Made by a program: the position numbers and the translations under genes. DNA of 64,000 nucleotides, taken from the NCBI GenBank assembly GCA_002633005.1, contig NMRA01000136.1:130859-194858 (forward strand), read 5' to 3'. Under the pieces are notes generated by a model. The model saw nothing but the letters and a program-made list of their open reading frames with translations, was not told the origin of the DNA and did not search any database. Shown here in pieces: positions 47,163 through 60,572 of this stretch; within the stretch, counting starts at the first letter, position 1; each line of letters begins with the position of its first letter. Source of the stretch: Phoronis australis (Eukaryota > Animalia > Phoronida).

Positions 47163-47944
47163 GTAAAGCATGTTTTCCTGTTAAGCTGCCATTTCATCAA
47201 CTTGAAGACTATTAGAACTGTCTGAAATACCTTCAGATTTATGTACGAAGTAACTGAGTAAAGAGCTACAGTCCTGATTTGAAAGTATTGCAATACATTC
47301 CTTTAGATGCCGGTGCTCACATTATACATCACCTGTGAATCAAATAGCCATGTGCTTGACCACATGCCCATACAATGTGTAGTCTTCTGTGGGAATTGTG
47401 TGTGTACAGCAAAATCTCAACAATTTAGGACACATGGAGAGTGAAATTCAATTTTGTCTTTTTTCATAAATAATAAGAAACATAATATTGATGATTTATT
47501 AAGTGTTCAAGTTTTGCTTTATAGCTGCTGTCTTGCTGTATTGTGAGTTGTAAACATTTTCAAGTGTGTTTAAAATGAAAATAGAGTAATTTTGGCATCT
47601 CCTCGTCCAATACTAGTGAGATTTTGCTGTTGTTAAATAACGTAGAAAATATATCTGAAACTAAATAAGGCGATCCAGATCCTCCCAAGGATACTATTGT
47701 TTCATGAAATGAAGNCCCCCCCCCCCCAAGCCCAAAATGACATCGCAGTGTAGTAAACTGCCTGCTTGGTCAGTAATTTTGAATATACTCTTGGAGTCTT
47801 AGTTTGTACATTTCCAAATTGAGATAGTGTTTTACTTTTCTAAAATAGTTAAGTGGAGTAGGTTAACTTGCTCTGACAAAAGCCATCAGACACTTTTCAT
47901 GAAACAAAACCCAGAGGGCACCAGATACAGACTACATCACTCAC

Positions 47945-48037
47945 CAGTTGATAGTAAGCTTGATGTAACACTTGAGGTTACACGCCCCTTGACATGTATG
48001 GCACTTGACTCTTCCAAAACCGTTACACTTGTGACAC
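47945..48037 (-). CDS. SSUH2-like zinc-finger protein, internal exon C
   Basis: CHKCNGFGRVKCHTCQGACNLKCYIKLTINW; CAG acceptor, GTGAGT donor; phase 2 matches exon B. Confidence 0.8.
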
Positions 48038-49339
48038 CTGCGAAACAACAGAAACATGCAGAGAAATGAATTTACAGAATTAGGAAAAATTGGTCCAATT
48101 TCACATCACGAATGAAACTGTCATGACTAAGAAATTCTCCATTGTCTTGATAGAAAATATCTGTTAGTGGAGATCCTGCAAAAATGACTTGCAAGTTTAC
48201 CGTAGTGAATGCTACCAATAAACTTGGCTAATAGGTTTCCCAAATGTACGCCCATACGCCTGTATTCGTAAAATTTTCCAAATAATGGCCCACGTGTCTA
48301 TTTTTGAAGCTACTATTAATATTGCTCCTCAGAGTTTGAAGGGTTTCCAGTGTCAAATGTTGGTCAAAAACATGGCTTTTTTCACGTTTACAGTCAATCA
48401 TCAAGGCAGAAAGTTGCAATAATAGTCCAACATCACGTGCCCGAATTTTGAGAACCAGTTTTCCTCACTGAATAGCTGCAACAAACTGGCATGGTTCTAA
48501 AAATACAAGCCCGTTATATCCGACTATTGCAGTGAGTTGCTTTAGATTCCCTTTTGTAATCGTAACATCATTTTTAGCAACAAAGCAAACACCCATCACG
48601 ACATATTTTATGACATTTCCATTTTATTTTCCACTTGTTTCCAAATGTTTGCCCAGGTGTACTTTAGGGGTACCGGAAACAAGGTAAAAAGGTGAAGTTT
48701 CCAAAATACACATCATTAGGGTTTAATATCAGAAATTCAAGGAAAATAAACTGTGAACTTGCAGATTTTCCAGACATCTGAGCTCAGTAGAATCAGTGAT
48801 TGTAATTTTTTGCCAATTTAGTACACAATATGTCATTGACAGAAAAGTGAAATTTTATTTTGTCAAATTTCTTAACGTGAATCAAAATTAAGTCTATTAT
48901 TAGTCATGATTGAACAGTCTAGATTTCATAAAACAACATTTGGTAAAGTTATGGTGAATTACTGGACTTACACATTGGTTTATTTTTTCATATTATTTAC
49001 TCAACTGGATGACTCAAAATATTCATCATATTAAAGTTATGGTTATTTGTAACAACGTAATCAGCCTTTGAAAAATGGAAATATGCCACCTGTTGGCCAC
49101 ATCATGTGACCAAATGAACATGACCTAGTGATGTGGCCAACAGATGGCATGCAAACCAGACTATAATAAAACAACATTTGGTAATTAAAAGTTGCGATTA
49201 TTTGCATCAAGGTAACCAGCCTTTGAAAAACAGAAAAACGACTATTTGGCAATTATTTTTTGCAAAATGAAGAGACAATTACAACAAATGAATTACAAAA
49301 GAGTATAAATAGGTAAATAAAACAACAAAAATGGATCAA

Positions 49340-50060
49340 CTGAAATGTTCGGCTGTAATAACATCCTTTGTCAACAGAAACAGAAATAAAGTAAAATCAA
49401 ACACTATATGACAATTGACATTTAAGATATGGTGTAATGAATATGATACATTTTTGCGTAAAAAATTCAATGATATATTTTAAGAAGTTTTTATGTTCAA
49501 TACAAGAGGTTCTATTGTACTGAGCTTGTCCATCCAATATTGTTCTCTTTTGAGTCTGTGAGGGGTACTGGGGTGTTGGAGCTTTTCTTTTATTTGTACA
49601 GAAAGATCTTGAATATTATGGTTTTTGGAATTGAAATGATTACCTATAGTATCAGAAATGTTTTTATGTATTATGTTAAATCTATGATTACGAAACCAAG
49701 TTTGTAGATTATGTTGAGCTTGTCCTACGTATTGGATAGAACATTTTTTACAAGTTATAAGGTAAATAATATTGTTGGTGGTGCAATCAGAGTAATGCTT
49801 TATTTCAAAGTTTTCATTGGTTTGGGAAGACTGGAAAAAAGTTACACATTTTACACCTAGTTTTGTTACATTGTGTGTTGCCAATAGGTTTGTCAGCTTG
49901 GTGTATATTGTCAATATTAGCTTTAACTAAATAATTTTTTTAGATTTTTACATTTGCTCCAAGAAATTATAGGTGGATGTGGAAATAGGTTTTTCATTTG
50001 AGGGGAAATATGCAGCATGGAAAGATGTTTTCTGAAGACGTGGCTAATTCCGTTTCTACG
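49340..50060 (-). mobile_element. Penelope-like retroelement remnant (GIY-YIG endonuclease)
   Basis: ORF 49480-49914 reads C...IIYLITCKKCSIQYVGQ...FRNH...IGNHF...H...RLKREQYWMDKLSTIEP.VLN. An upstream, disconnected linker reads LFPHPPIISWSKCKNLK. The RT is missing. Confidence 0.88.
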
Positions 50061-50295
50061 TTAAAAAAGAGTATGATATGGTCAAGATATTGATTCCTCA
50101 ATATTTGCAAAATCATTGGAGATATTTCAATCTTGCCTGTATCTGCATGGTGTTAATAAACTTGGTTTGTGTATTCGTTTTACGGCTTGAAATTTTGAGA
50201 CATTATGTTCTCTTTAGTAGTTACAAGGTGCACACGCATTAAAATTAACACATTCGTTCAGTAGATGTGCAATAGTTCCTGTAACTGACACCAAC

Positions 50296-50438
50296 CTGCT
50301 CCTGCCAGTTCCTTCACACCAAGTACAGTGCTGGTGGTGATGGTGTCCATGGTGATGGTGTCCATGATGATGGTCGCCGTGGTGATTAGCATGGTAGTGC
50401 TCATGAAAACCCCTGCCATTACAATGGTGGCAGAAAGT
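50296..50438 (-). CDS. SSUH2-like protein, internal exon B (His-rich)
   Basis: TFCHHCNGRGFHEHYHANHHGDHHHGHHHHGHHHHQHCTWCEGTGRSR; CAG acceptor, GTTGGT donor; phase 0/2. Confidence 0.8.
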
Positions 50439-50975
50439 CTGGGTAAAACAGGAAAAAAAACAATATAAACTACACATTTATTATTCAATGATTACTAAGC
50501 ACGTAGCAAAAGCAATGGTGATGATTATGATCTATAAGAGAGATAAGAATGCAAGATCAAACTCAAAAAGCTAAAAAAAAAATTAAAAATGAAATGTGTT
50601 CTGCATTCAATACTGTTGTTATACACTATGAATAACTCAACTCTATGCAAACCTACAACAAAATGATCGTTGATATGTACCGCAACTATACTGTAACAAG
50701 ATGACCAATGCAAAAAGTTTTAACCTTCACCCACATTGTGTGTATCACACAAACAGCAACGACGGAAATGCTGCTTGTTTTTACAATATTCTCCAAGATG
50801 GAGTGACAATAGGTCTAGGACTCTCAAAACATCTACAAATGGCACAATGCAAGACATCTGCCAGCAAAGAGATGACGGCAACGTGCGTCCACGTACGTGG
50901 GCATACAAACATGTCACCAGTGCCTGACAGAGTGGTATAAAGATCACGTAACCATGGCCACAGGTAAGTACTTAC

Positions 50976-51038
50976 CCTTCCAGCACCCAGACAGTGGTCA
51001 CACTGTATCTGGCCAGATGAGAAACAGGTATGGCAGGG
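50976..51038 (-). CDS. SSUH2-like protein, internal exon A
   Basis: PCHTCFSSGQIQCDHCLGAGR; CAG acceptor, GTAAGT donor; phase 0/0. Confidence 0.8.
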
Positions 51039-51511
51039 CTGCAGGTAAAGGAGAATACACTCGTTACTAAACACAACATCTGAATTAAATGTTGCCAATA
51101 CTCAGCTCAAATANATTTGTTGTTTGTAAACTAGGTTTCTATTATATTTTACTCTGTGTCATCTCATTTCTTCATAATTTTAACCTGATCTCACCTGCTG
51201 TTTTCTTCTTTTGTTTTTCTGTTTTACAGTTATAAGCTCTTTATTAGTAATGTTAAGTTATAATAAAATGATGATTATCTTAGTCACAATAATATTGATA
51301 ATGTTATGAAATAAGGCAAATCAATATGTCAAAATTTCCATGATTTTATTGTGCTCAGGTGAGCACTATTAGGATATTGGTAGTGTATTAAACTATGTCA
51401 AACTTGTTTTATCCTTGGGCCTCTGAATGCATTTTCAGTTTAACTTTAAAAGTACAAAAAGTATATTGTTCTTAATGCAATGTATTTTAATCCCTGTTTT
51501 ATCATCGATAG

Positions 51512-51632
51512 CTGCCTGCAAAAGTGACAAATGTGCCGCCTTACAACCCCTTGGAAAAGAATGTGGCACCTCCCCCTGCAAACCAAACTAAGAAGCTGCC
51601 ATACAGCAAGGAAGAAACCACTACAGCAGCAG
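51512..51632 (+). CDS. TTC6-like exon 3
   Basis: LPAKVTNVPPYNPLEKNVAPPPANQTKKLPYSKEETTTAA; phase 0/1 bridges its neighbours. Confidence 0.7.
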
Positions 51633-52179
51633 GTTGGGTTTACTTTTATCACTACAAGTAGACTTCTTGTTCTGTCTTCTTGCATTCATCAAGCAAGGTC
51701 AACGTTGTCTTGATTACATGAATGTTGATTTTTTATTTCCAAACATAGTCATTAAATGGAGCAATTGCTTGACAATCAAGGTTTCCCAATTTGACTCTTA
51801 CTGCAGCGAATAACATTTATCGAGTTTATGAATCAAACACTAACAATTAATATGCAATCATGGTGGAGATATTGAGGATTTATCTACTAAGCTGACACGA
51901 CAAGGCAGAGAACAACTTACAGAAGTGTTCATTGTGTTTTCTGCAGCGGAAATTGCATTCTATTAGGACGCCATAGTTGAAGGAGAAGTCCTTGTTTTGA
52001 GGAGCATGCAATGGAGTATGAAAAAAGTGGACATTTGTCTAGCTTTTGTGCCTTGCAAAAGAAATTTTGGAACTCACTGAATACAAAAACATCATTAGTT
52101 CTCAGTAAGATCTTTTTCTGGTACTGATATTTTGGAGTATTGAGTTTTTAACATTTTAAAAACCCAATAAATGTTATAT

Positions 52180-52682
52180 TACTCATCATCACATAACTCA
52201 CCATTGCATAATTCATCATTGCACAACTCATTATCTCATAACTCACCATCACGTAACTCATCGTCACATAACTCATCAAATAACTCAATATTGCATAATG
52301 CATAACTCATTACATAACTCATCATCACATAACTCATCACAACTCATTATCACCTAACTCATCATCACACAACTCATCAAATAACTCAATATTGCATAAT
52401 GCATAACTCATTACATAACTCATCATCACATTACTCATCACAACTCATCATCACATAACTCATCATCACATAACTCATCATCACACAACTCATCAAATAA
52501 CTCAATATTGCATAATGCATAACTCATTACATAACTCATCATCACATAACTCATCACAACTCATCATCACCTAACTCATCATCGCACAACTCATCGCTCA
52601 ACTCGTCGTCACATAACTCATCATCACGTAACTGGTCATCACATAAGTCAACATCATATAACTCATCAGTCAAAAGTCATCA
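52180..52682. repeat. 15-bp minisatellite (CATAACTCATCATCA)n with higher-order structure
   Basis: About 30 degenerate units. A variant block AAATAACTCAATATTGCATAATG recurs at ~52278, ~52379 and ~52495. Confidence 0.92.
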
Positions 52683-53068
52683 CCTTTCCTTGGGTCTCGA
52701 CTACATGTCCATACATGCGCATATGTTGTCAAAGAAGTAAGTCCTAGTTTGCTTTTATCATGGTAGTACAGGTGACAAGTTAAGTCAGGTAGCATGTACA
52801 ATTAGTGAATTTTCATTGATTACACATCACGTCGGCACTCAGAGAAACAAAGCATTATTGAATGTTAATCACAGATCACATTTGAAAAGGCTGTTATCTC
52901 TTAGTTCTTTGGGGATATAAGATTACAACCTCCAGAACATTTTGTTGCTGTTGATAATTTTTTTAGTGATACATTACTAGTTATTTTCAGTAGCATACTT
53001 GATTGGTAGCACATCTTAATACAAAAGAGGTTTTTGTATTACCTTATTTTTTGTATTTCTTTTTGTAG

Positions 53069-53120
53069 AAATGAAGAAACCCAAAATATCAGCTGTTGGT
53101 GTTAATCCCCCCAGAGACAG
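53069..53120 (+). CDS. TTC6-like exon 4
   Basis: EMKKPKISAVGVNPPRD; strong polypyrimidine acceptor; phase 1/2. Confidence 0.7.
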
Positions 53121-53315
53121 GTCTGTAACTGGATGTTTTATCTATTTAGTATTGATATGTACATATTGTATTGCATGCTGACCTATTTATTATTTTTTTC
53201 CAGTTATCTTCATAAAAAGTCATGATACCTTTTTGTATGTATTTTCATGGGATCTTGGAAGTTTGGTACTTTGCTGCCAAAATTACATTGTAACCAAAAG
53301 GTAGAATCTCAGTTA

Positions 53316-55634
53316 CCGTAATCGTTCGGGTTAACGCCCATGCTCAGTTAACCGCCCATCCCCGACTTTAAGTGGATTTTCGATTTAACCGCCCACTGCT
53401 CGGTTAACCGCCACCCTGCGATTTTTGAAGATTTCCAGTTAGGCGCCCACCTCTCGGTTAAACGCCCATCCCCGACTTTTAAAGAATGAAGATTTAGCGC
53501 CTAGTGCTAAGGAAACGCGCGATTGCCCGACTTTTAGAAAATGATCGATGATCACAATGAGTGCAACGACGCCGGGACTCCGAGACGGTGGTTTAGCAAT
53601 CTGAATTACAATACAGGTAACGAGTTATTGTCTTGGGTCATGAACTCACTTCAAAATATAATACTTGAACCTTTTTGTCACTTTATTTTCTTCCCTTGTT
53701 TGCAAAGTTTAAGAACGCCGCCGGTGTCAAAACCTCCGCTTTCAGCGACTTTGTCTGCCACGCTGAGTTTCCGTCTGCAGTGCACTAGATAAAACATATA
53801 TTCGAAAAAATCAGGCCAGAGAAATGTTACAATGGTTTTGCCAACCCTCCAAATTCTATTAAGGTGGGAAGCTCTCGTATTTTGAACAAATCTCACAACT
53901 CACGGAAAGATGTCAAATTCTCAATATTTTGATGAATATAACTGCCGGGTTATGGAGGATGTGGGGCGACTGAAGGGACACTGAGTACACGTGCCTTACT
54001 AGGTTACCGATTTCGTTGCTGCCTGTTGATTTCTGAATTCAAACGTTGGCAATTAAATGTATGTTTGTGTATAATCTTGAAGTAATAAAAAAAACGGCTA
54101 GTCAAATTTTGTTTTTCGCTTATTGCATCTCAGTCAAACTGCTTAGCAGATTTAACTAAAGTCGCTGGCTGTTCTTCATTCTTGCGTCAGCCTGCACGTA
54201 AGCGTGACTGTGTGAATTATCGTTTCCACATCCCCTTTTTAGCCATCCAGAATAATTTTGTTTATACATTGGCCGTTTTCAGCCTGAAATATGGTAATAG
54301 ACTTGACATCGCAGTTTTGGGGGACATTGGCAACGGAGGAATATCGTAAAGAACTGGGTCTTTCGTAACAACAGCTTAAAAGCACATAGTCACGCCCGTT
54401 TTTGTTACTTCGTCGGACTGTCGCTATGTGTGACTGATTTGTAGTGGTGCACGTGCGCAAGTTCCCACACTTTGGAGTGCTTGTTACCTTGACACACAAC
54501 ATGTGATTGACAGGTGACTCACACGTAGGCCCTACGTGCGTGCTGAATACCGCCACTATCTTTGGCCATAAAAAAAACGAGATGCATATTGAAAAAGGCC
54601 GTTATATTACTTGACGGCATTTCCAAGTCACGATTGTCAGCCGACTGAGACATTGTGCGATAACAGCGGGACTAAACAGTGCCGCAGTGCTATATTAGAA
54701 GTGATATAAATAGGATAATCTGGACATCTTGCATGAAAAATAAATGTTTTTCCACCACGAAGTTTGGTAAGGTGATCGTTTAGAATAATGAATTGAAACA
54801 TTGCTGTTTTCTGACATTTTGTAGCATATTTATGCAGTTGCTAGAAATTTTATTCTTGATCGACGACTGGCTCAACGACCCCCAATCCTTGTCTTACTTC
54901 TTTGCATAGCATGTTTGGCGCAACGGCAAGAGAGCAATGCCGGGCTGTCGAGATAAGACAGCTAGCTGCAGAACCATACGCTGAAAATGTCACTGAGTCA
55001 CGGAGTGTCAACTATAACATCCCGAACACAAAAAACAGCAGAGTTAAGTTTTTCAAACTTTTATCACAACCAATTTTAAAACTGCTCTCTGACTCAGAAC
55101 TTGACAGCTACACATAGTACGAGACTGTAACCATAAATTTGATGTCTGACCTCTGCAACACGTGAAGCTTGCACGCGCGCACTTAAGCAGGGTCACATCT
55201 TGAAACAGTTTTAATTCTAGTGGAGGCTGCGTGGTCGCTGGTCGTCTGCGCATCGCAGGACGGCACGGGGCTATTACTCAGCAATTTTGTAAATTTAATC
55301 GTAGTGAATGACTAATCTGAGGGCAAGAGAACCTTTGTTGGGATCATCCGCTGTTATGACGTTTTCACAGTCATTTAGCGACGTGACGATAAAGCTCTTT
55401 GAAAAGGGCTACGCGTTCCGAGTCTGATTGTCGTGTCGGGATTTAGATCGCCAGGTAAGATTAACCGCCCAGAGCGGTTGTCTGTCGTAATAAGCGCCCA
55501 TGTTCGGTTAACCGCCCATCCCCTACTTCAGGTGGATTTTCGATTTAACCGCCCACTGCTCGGTTAACCGCCCTCCCCCGATTTTTTGGATTCGCCAATT
55601 TAACCGCCCAGGGCGTTAACCCGAAAGATTATGG
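53316..55634. mobile_element. Non-autonomous Tc1/mariner(pogo)-type DNA transposon, 2.3 kb
   Basis: TA|CCGTAATCGTTCGGGTTAACGCCC ... GGGCGTTAACCCGAAAGATTATGG|TA. Many subterminal TTAACCGCCCA repeats, a CpG-rich interior, and no transposase ORF. Confidence 0.85.
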
Positions 55635-56165
55635 TAGGACGAAAATAATGATATCGCAAAAAATTGATTGTTGACATTTTTGAAAGGCTTCTAACATTCT
55701 TGTGCATCCTTCAATTTTTCTCAAAGAATTTGGCTGGTAGGCACAATATAAACATGGAAATTGGTGCTTCGTGTCTTTTTTATGAATAATAACAAATTAA
55801 CGTAAACTTCATTTATTCGTCCATACCGTGTCCAAATTTGATAAGAATTTGTCATACAGTAAATCATATTGCAGAAGACTAAAAATCTAATATAATTTTG
55901 AAGATGACTCATTTGTTTTCCATGACACAAATGGTTGTTTTGCACAATTCACACCAAAAAGTAATGATATCTTTCTTTTACAAATGTCAATTTTGATCAA
56001 CTTTCAACAGCTTTCTTGAATATTTATAAAAAGAAATATTGCATGACCACATTGTTTGTAAAATTTTAAATCAGTAGTGTAAAAAGTTCCCAGAGTAAGT
56101 AATGTTTGTTTTCAAGCTGGCATAAGCATTCGATATCTTCAAAATGTGATAGTTTGGTCTTTCAG

Positions 56166-56253
56166 TGCAAAGGTTGATGGCTTGAAAGTTATTATGGAAG
56201 GAAAGAAAGTCGCAGCTAGTGAAAATGAGGGTGACATCAAAGAAGTCCTTCAG
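56166..56253 (+). CDS. TTC6-like exon 5
   Basis: AKVDGLKVIMEGKKVAASENEGDIKEVLQ; phase 2/0. Confidence 0.72.
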
Positions 56254-57155
56254 GTAGACTAGCTATGAACTGTGAGAGATTTTATATTCACTAGTTGGCA
56301 CTAACAAAAATAGGCACCTCTTTTAACATCAGAATAGATTGAGAGCAGAAAGCAGTTCATCGGCATGTACATGTCTGTGGGCCAGGGCCTCATAACTGCC
56401 GTAATGCATGAGTTTATGCAAGTACAGCTGGTGTCACACTAGTGCCAGGTAGTAGATTTAAAGTTGCTCGTTAATCTAACAGCAAATATTTACTTTGGCA
56501 ATGCCTTTTAAATTGTTGGGGTTTTTTGTGCGTATAAAACGGTTCCGACAAACTTTGTTGGATGTGTAACTGGAGATTTAGGTATGTCTTTAGTTCTAAT
56601 CAAATTTTATTAACAACCATTTTGTCTAAAGAATGTGCTTACTACCTCAAGCCTGCTGCATGGTGTTCACTGGTTGAGGACTAACTACATGTTTAATGTA
56701 ACACTTAGTTACCCAAATACCCTAATCATGATGTGCATTACACAGCAGTTAACTAATAGTATGTAGGAGTACTCTTGCTAGTGCGGGTATCTCAAAAGAG
56801 CTCGTTGCAAACCGTCAAAGAAGCCAACTTTTGATTTAGACCACTTACCACTGTAGCGGTGATGTTAACTTGTTTGTAATCCAAATGAGAAGGAAGTGGT
56901 TCTTGCTGGAGACCATACACGCCATGACAAGCTAACTTGCAGAGCCTGGTCTTAAGCAACAATCAACTGTCATTTTTTTCCAATCCCAAAAAGTCGATTC
57001 TGATTTGCGAAAGCAGCAATTTGAGATCAATTTCAGAATGATAAGTAGCCAAAATCAAAAGCCAGTTTTTGTGACACAAGGCAGTTCATAGCAAATTTAC
57101 AGATTACGTTCACTTTTTGATTGCCGTTTCTTGAAATTATTTGTAATCTATTCAG

Positions 57156-57378
57156 GCGAATGATGTCAAGGACTCTACAACAAAGCTGGAGACAAGTGGG
57201 GATGACATTGTCCCGGAAACCAAGTCTTCCCTTCCAGAAACAGAGAAATTGATCAAACCAATGATAGCTGCTTATGCAGGGACAACGGGCAAGGTTGTGT
57301 ATGGAGCAAGGGAGCGACCCCCGCCTAGGCCTCGTTCTAAAATGAGTGGACGGAAGACTCCCAAGCATACTTTGGCTG
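57156..57378 (+). CDS. TTC6-like exon 6
   Basis: ANDVKDS...KPMIAAYAGTTGKVVYGARERPPPRPRSK...; resembles recalled TTC6 KPPVIASGFGTASPVV; phase 0/1. Confidence 0.78.
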
Positions 57379-58029
57379 GTCAGTTTTTGTTTTATTGTTT
57401 ACATTTGGAAATAAAAGTCAGATGAGAATAGATTACTTGGTCGATCACGTTCAGCGCAATCTTCAGTTCAGTCCTCTGAATTGGATGGGGATTTAAGGCA
57501 GTAGTACTTCACATTTTTTCACGAATTCTTTTCAATCCTCATGCAGTCAAATCACCATTGCTGTGCTGTTGAATGTTCAAATGAGGCATTTTGCTTAAAA
57601 AAAAGAATTTTGTTTTTCTTGTTGGTCTTTAAATTTAAAATTTATCTTTAGGTCAGTGGATTGAGTTGATCCATTCCTTTCAATGATATCGCCAAGATCA
57701 CAAATGCAAAGATTGAAATTGGAGATAATAATAACTTGGCTAGACAAGCTGTTATAAAAGTATAATTTCCAAGGAATGCCAAGTTCTTTGTTGTAATTGC
57801 TTGTTTGTGAACACTGCATGTATTGTCAGCCAGCCTTCCTCCCACAGGCGTTTTCATGGATACAATTTTCTTACAAACTGTAGCTTCTTGCTCATGCACC
57901 GCAATTCCTTTCTTACAACCAGACGTTTCTTTTCTCGTGAACCTCAGCTGTAGTATGCAAACTGTTTTGATACTTGGTAGGCTACTGTCTAATTTACATC
58001 TTATAACATAAAGTGTTTCTAATCCACAG

Positions 58030-58208
58030 GGTCGAGTGATGTCACCTTCACGCCCTCCTCACTGCGCAGTGCTTACATTGATCTGCCAGATGACACAAAA
58101 TATAGTTTGTACACAGAGTCAATGGTGGGTTCTGAATATGCCAAGAAAGGGGGGGTCAAGATGGCTAGACCTGAGGATGAAGATGATAGATCCAGCACAG
58201 CGAGCTCA
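58030..58208 (+). CDS. TTC6-like exon 7
   Basis: SSDVTFTPSSLRSAYIDLPDDTKYSLYTESMVGSEY...DDRSSTASS; GTAAGT donor; phase 1/0. Confidence 0.8.
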
Positions 58209-60430
58209 GTAAGTATCTCAGTGGGGAAAGCGTCTACAAAGGTCAAGGGGTCATGTGGTCCCACAATAGAATATTTTGTAACAGTGTGTTAGGTTAGAGT
58301 AAAAGTTTGTGTTCGATTTCATATCATAGTTTTGTAATATTTATATGCCATTTACTATTCCGAGTGTGCTTGAAGTGTCATTAAAGATGAAGATCTTTGT
58401 ATTAGTGACATGAGCCAGTGACTGAATGGAAGTGCATAGGAAATGCTGCTGGTATTTGTTGGTTAATGGAAGCCTTGCTTATATTTACATTATTTGCTTG
58501 ATTTTGTTGCAGTTTTGAAAATTTTGGTATTTTTTAATTGAAAATCTGAGTTGTATGCGGCACTGATTTATTGGTGTGGGTAATACAAAGTATAGACGTA
58601 AAGTTACTTTTGTGTTCAGATGTATACTTATCGTGTTTGTTACATTTTAATGGCGAAATAGGTAAAACACTTTAAGATATTCAAATACTAATATATATTT
58701 TACCAGATTTTAAAGTGTTTTACCAGTTTCTACATTGTGTAATTTTATCCGATCTTGACATATGTCATTTTAACATGTGGATAAATGTCAGCCTGTCTAC
58801 TTTGAACAACGGAAGTACTTCAGTGCAGGAGTAAGAAAACAAAATAATGTTCATTTGTATTACTATGCACCGTTTTTCCCATAGAGCCATCTAAAATGAA
58901 TTGTCTAGACTGTGGTTTATTTAACCAAATTTTTGTAAAAAGAGATAACTAATAAAACTAAATGTACTTTTTTTCTCCACCAAACCGTTTGCAGCACCTG
59001 TTTTGTAGTTTACAAGAGATGATTTCTGCGGTAAAATGTCACCAATTTCGGACAAAGATGATTGTCAAAATTGACCTTTTTCATTTGTCAAAGACATTTT
59101 ATCATTGCTGTGATTGCCCACAGTTTCTCAGAGCATTGTCTGTTGGCATCCATGGTATAAAATTTCAAAATGGTGAAGAAGTTATTTTGTGATACTTTCT
59201 TTTTATGCAAAATGAAGAAATGTTTCCCTTGTCTGCCATATTGTGTCCTAAGTTGGTGAGATTTTACTGTAACTTGAATAGTCTGAAGGAACCATAACTG
59301 CACTAATATTTTGGTGGCTGCAATATGTGAAATATGGTTTGTTTATAGTTCTAGCTGACATGGGAGACAATTCTACATATCAGCATTGTCTGCCGGGTCT
59401 TTCATGAAACAAAGGCCACTTCCCAGAATACCGCAGAGCCCTCTCTGATTCTGTGGAATTTACCCAGAATGCACTTGGCCCACAGCTGCACACTGCACAC
59501 TGCTGCCATGTTAATCACTATTATTTTGCATTAAGATTAGTTTGGTATTTGTTACTAATAAAGTTTTATTGTTGCATGCGGTGGGTTACGATATAGACAT
59601 ATAAAAATTTTAGAAGCTGAGCAAGGCATGATAAATAATTCTTCACTTGTTTAGCGACCCTGCTTTTTGAAAACTGCAATGCAATTAGTACCTCTACTAG
59701 AAAGAGGGGCATTGAATTCAGGATGTGGTACTTGTGCTGCTTTGAAATTTTGATGATATTTTGTTTCATTGTTTTGTGTTGAATTTGCTACTAACAAGTA
59801 TCATGTTAATCTAGATACTCAACAAGTGGATATCTGACTTTCTGTAAGTTTTCCTTATAATTTTTTCGCAATGCACTCCAAGAGTTTACACTTCTTGTAA
59901 GCTTTGACGTAACACATAGGCGATGCAGATGCAATAAAAATGTCAATAAGCATACTCAGTGAGAAAACATGCCTTCTATTTCAAAGTACAAATCATTTTC
60001 GAGATACCTTTGTTAATTTTTTTGTGTTATCTTTCTGTTTACCCATGATTGTATTTCACCAAATTTTATTCTTGTTACTTGAATTGTTTCTACAAATCTT
60101 CATGCATCACAAATCTTCTGGAACTCTTCACATATTAATAATTTTCTTGTAGTAATTAATAAACTTACTGTACATTAGTTGGGTGTTTAATTCAATTTTA
60201 GTAATACGGGATGCATTGACCATAGAACTTACACTGTCTTGAAAGAATAAAGTACATTGTCACACTGCCATCAAGTTGCACCGGATAATTTTGTGTTCAC
60301 ATGGTCACTTGCCCAAACCATCTAACCTTGAAAACAATTCGTACCAGGACTATTTTTCTGTCTGGACATGGCTTATCAGTTGTCGCCAGCATCTGTGCTA
60401 AACAGCTAGAATTTATTCCTTCATTTACAG

Positions 60431-60572
60431 ATTAAGTCAGTGAAAGAGTTAATGGAAGAAGCCAAATCTATAGCGTCGAGCAGCCATGTTCCTAAACCAC
60501 CAGCTATTTCAAAGAGAGGATCAAATGTCTCCAAGAAAGCCCCCACCCACGTTCCTGTGAAGAAAAAGAAAA
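60431..60572 (+). CDS. TTC6-like exon 8
   Basis: IKSVKELMEEAKSIASSSHVPKPPAISKRGSNVSKKAPTHVPVKKKK; phase 0/1. Confidence 0.78.
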
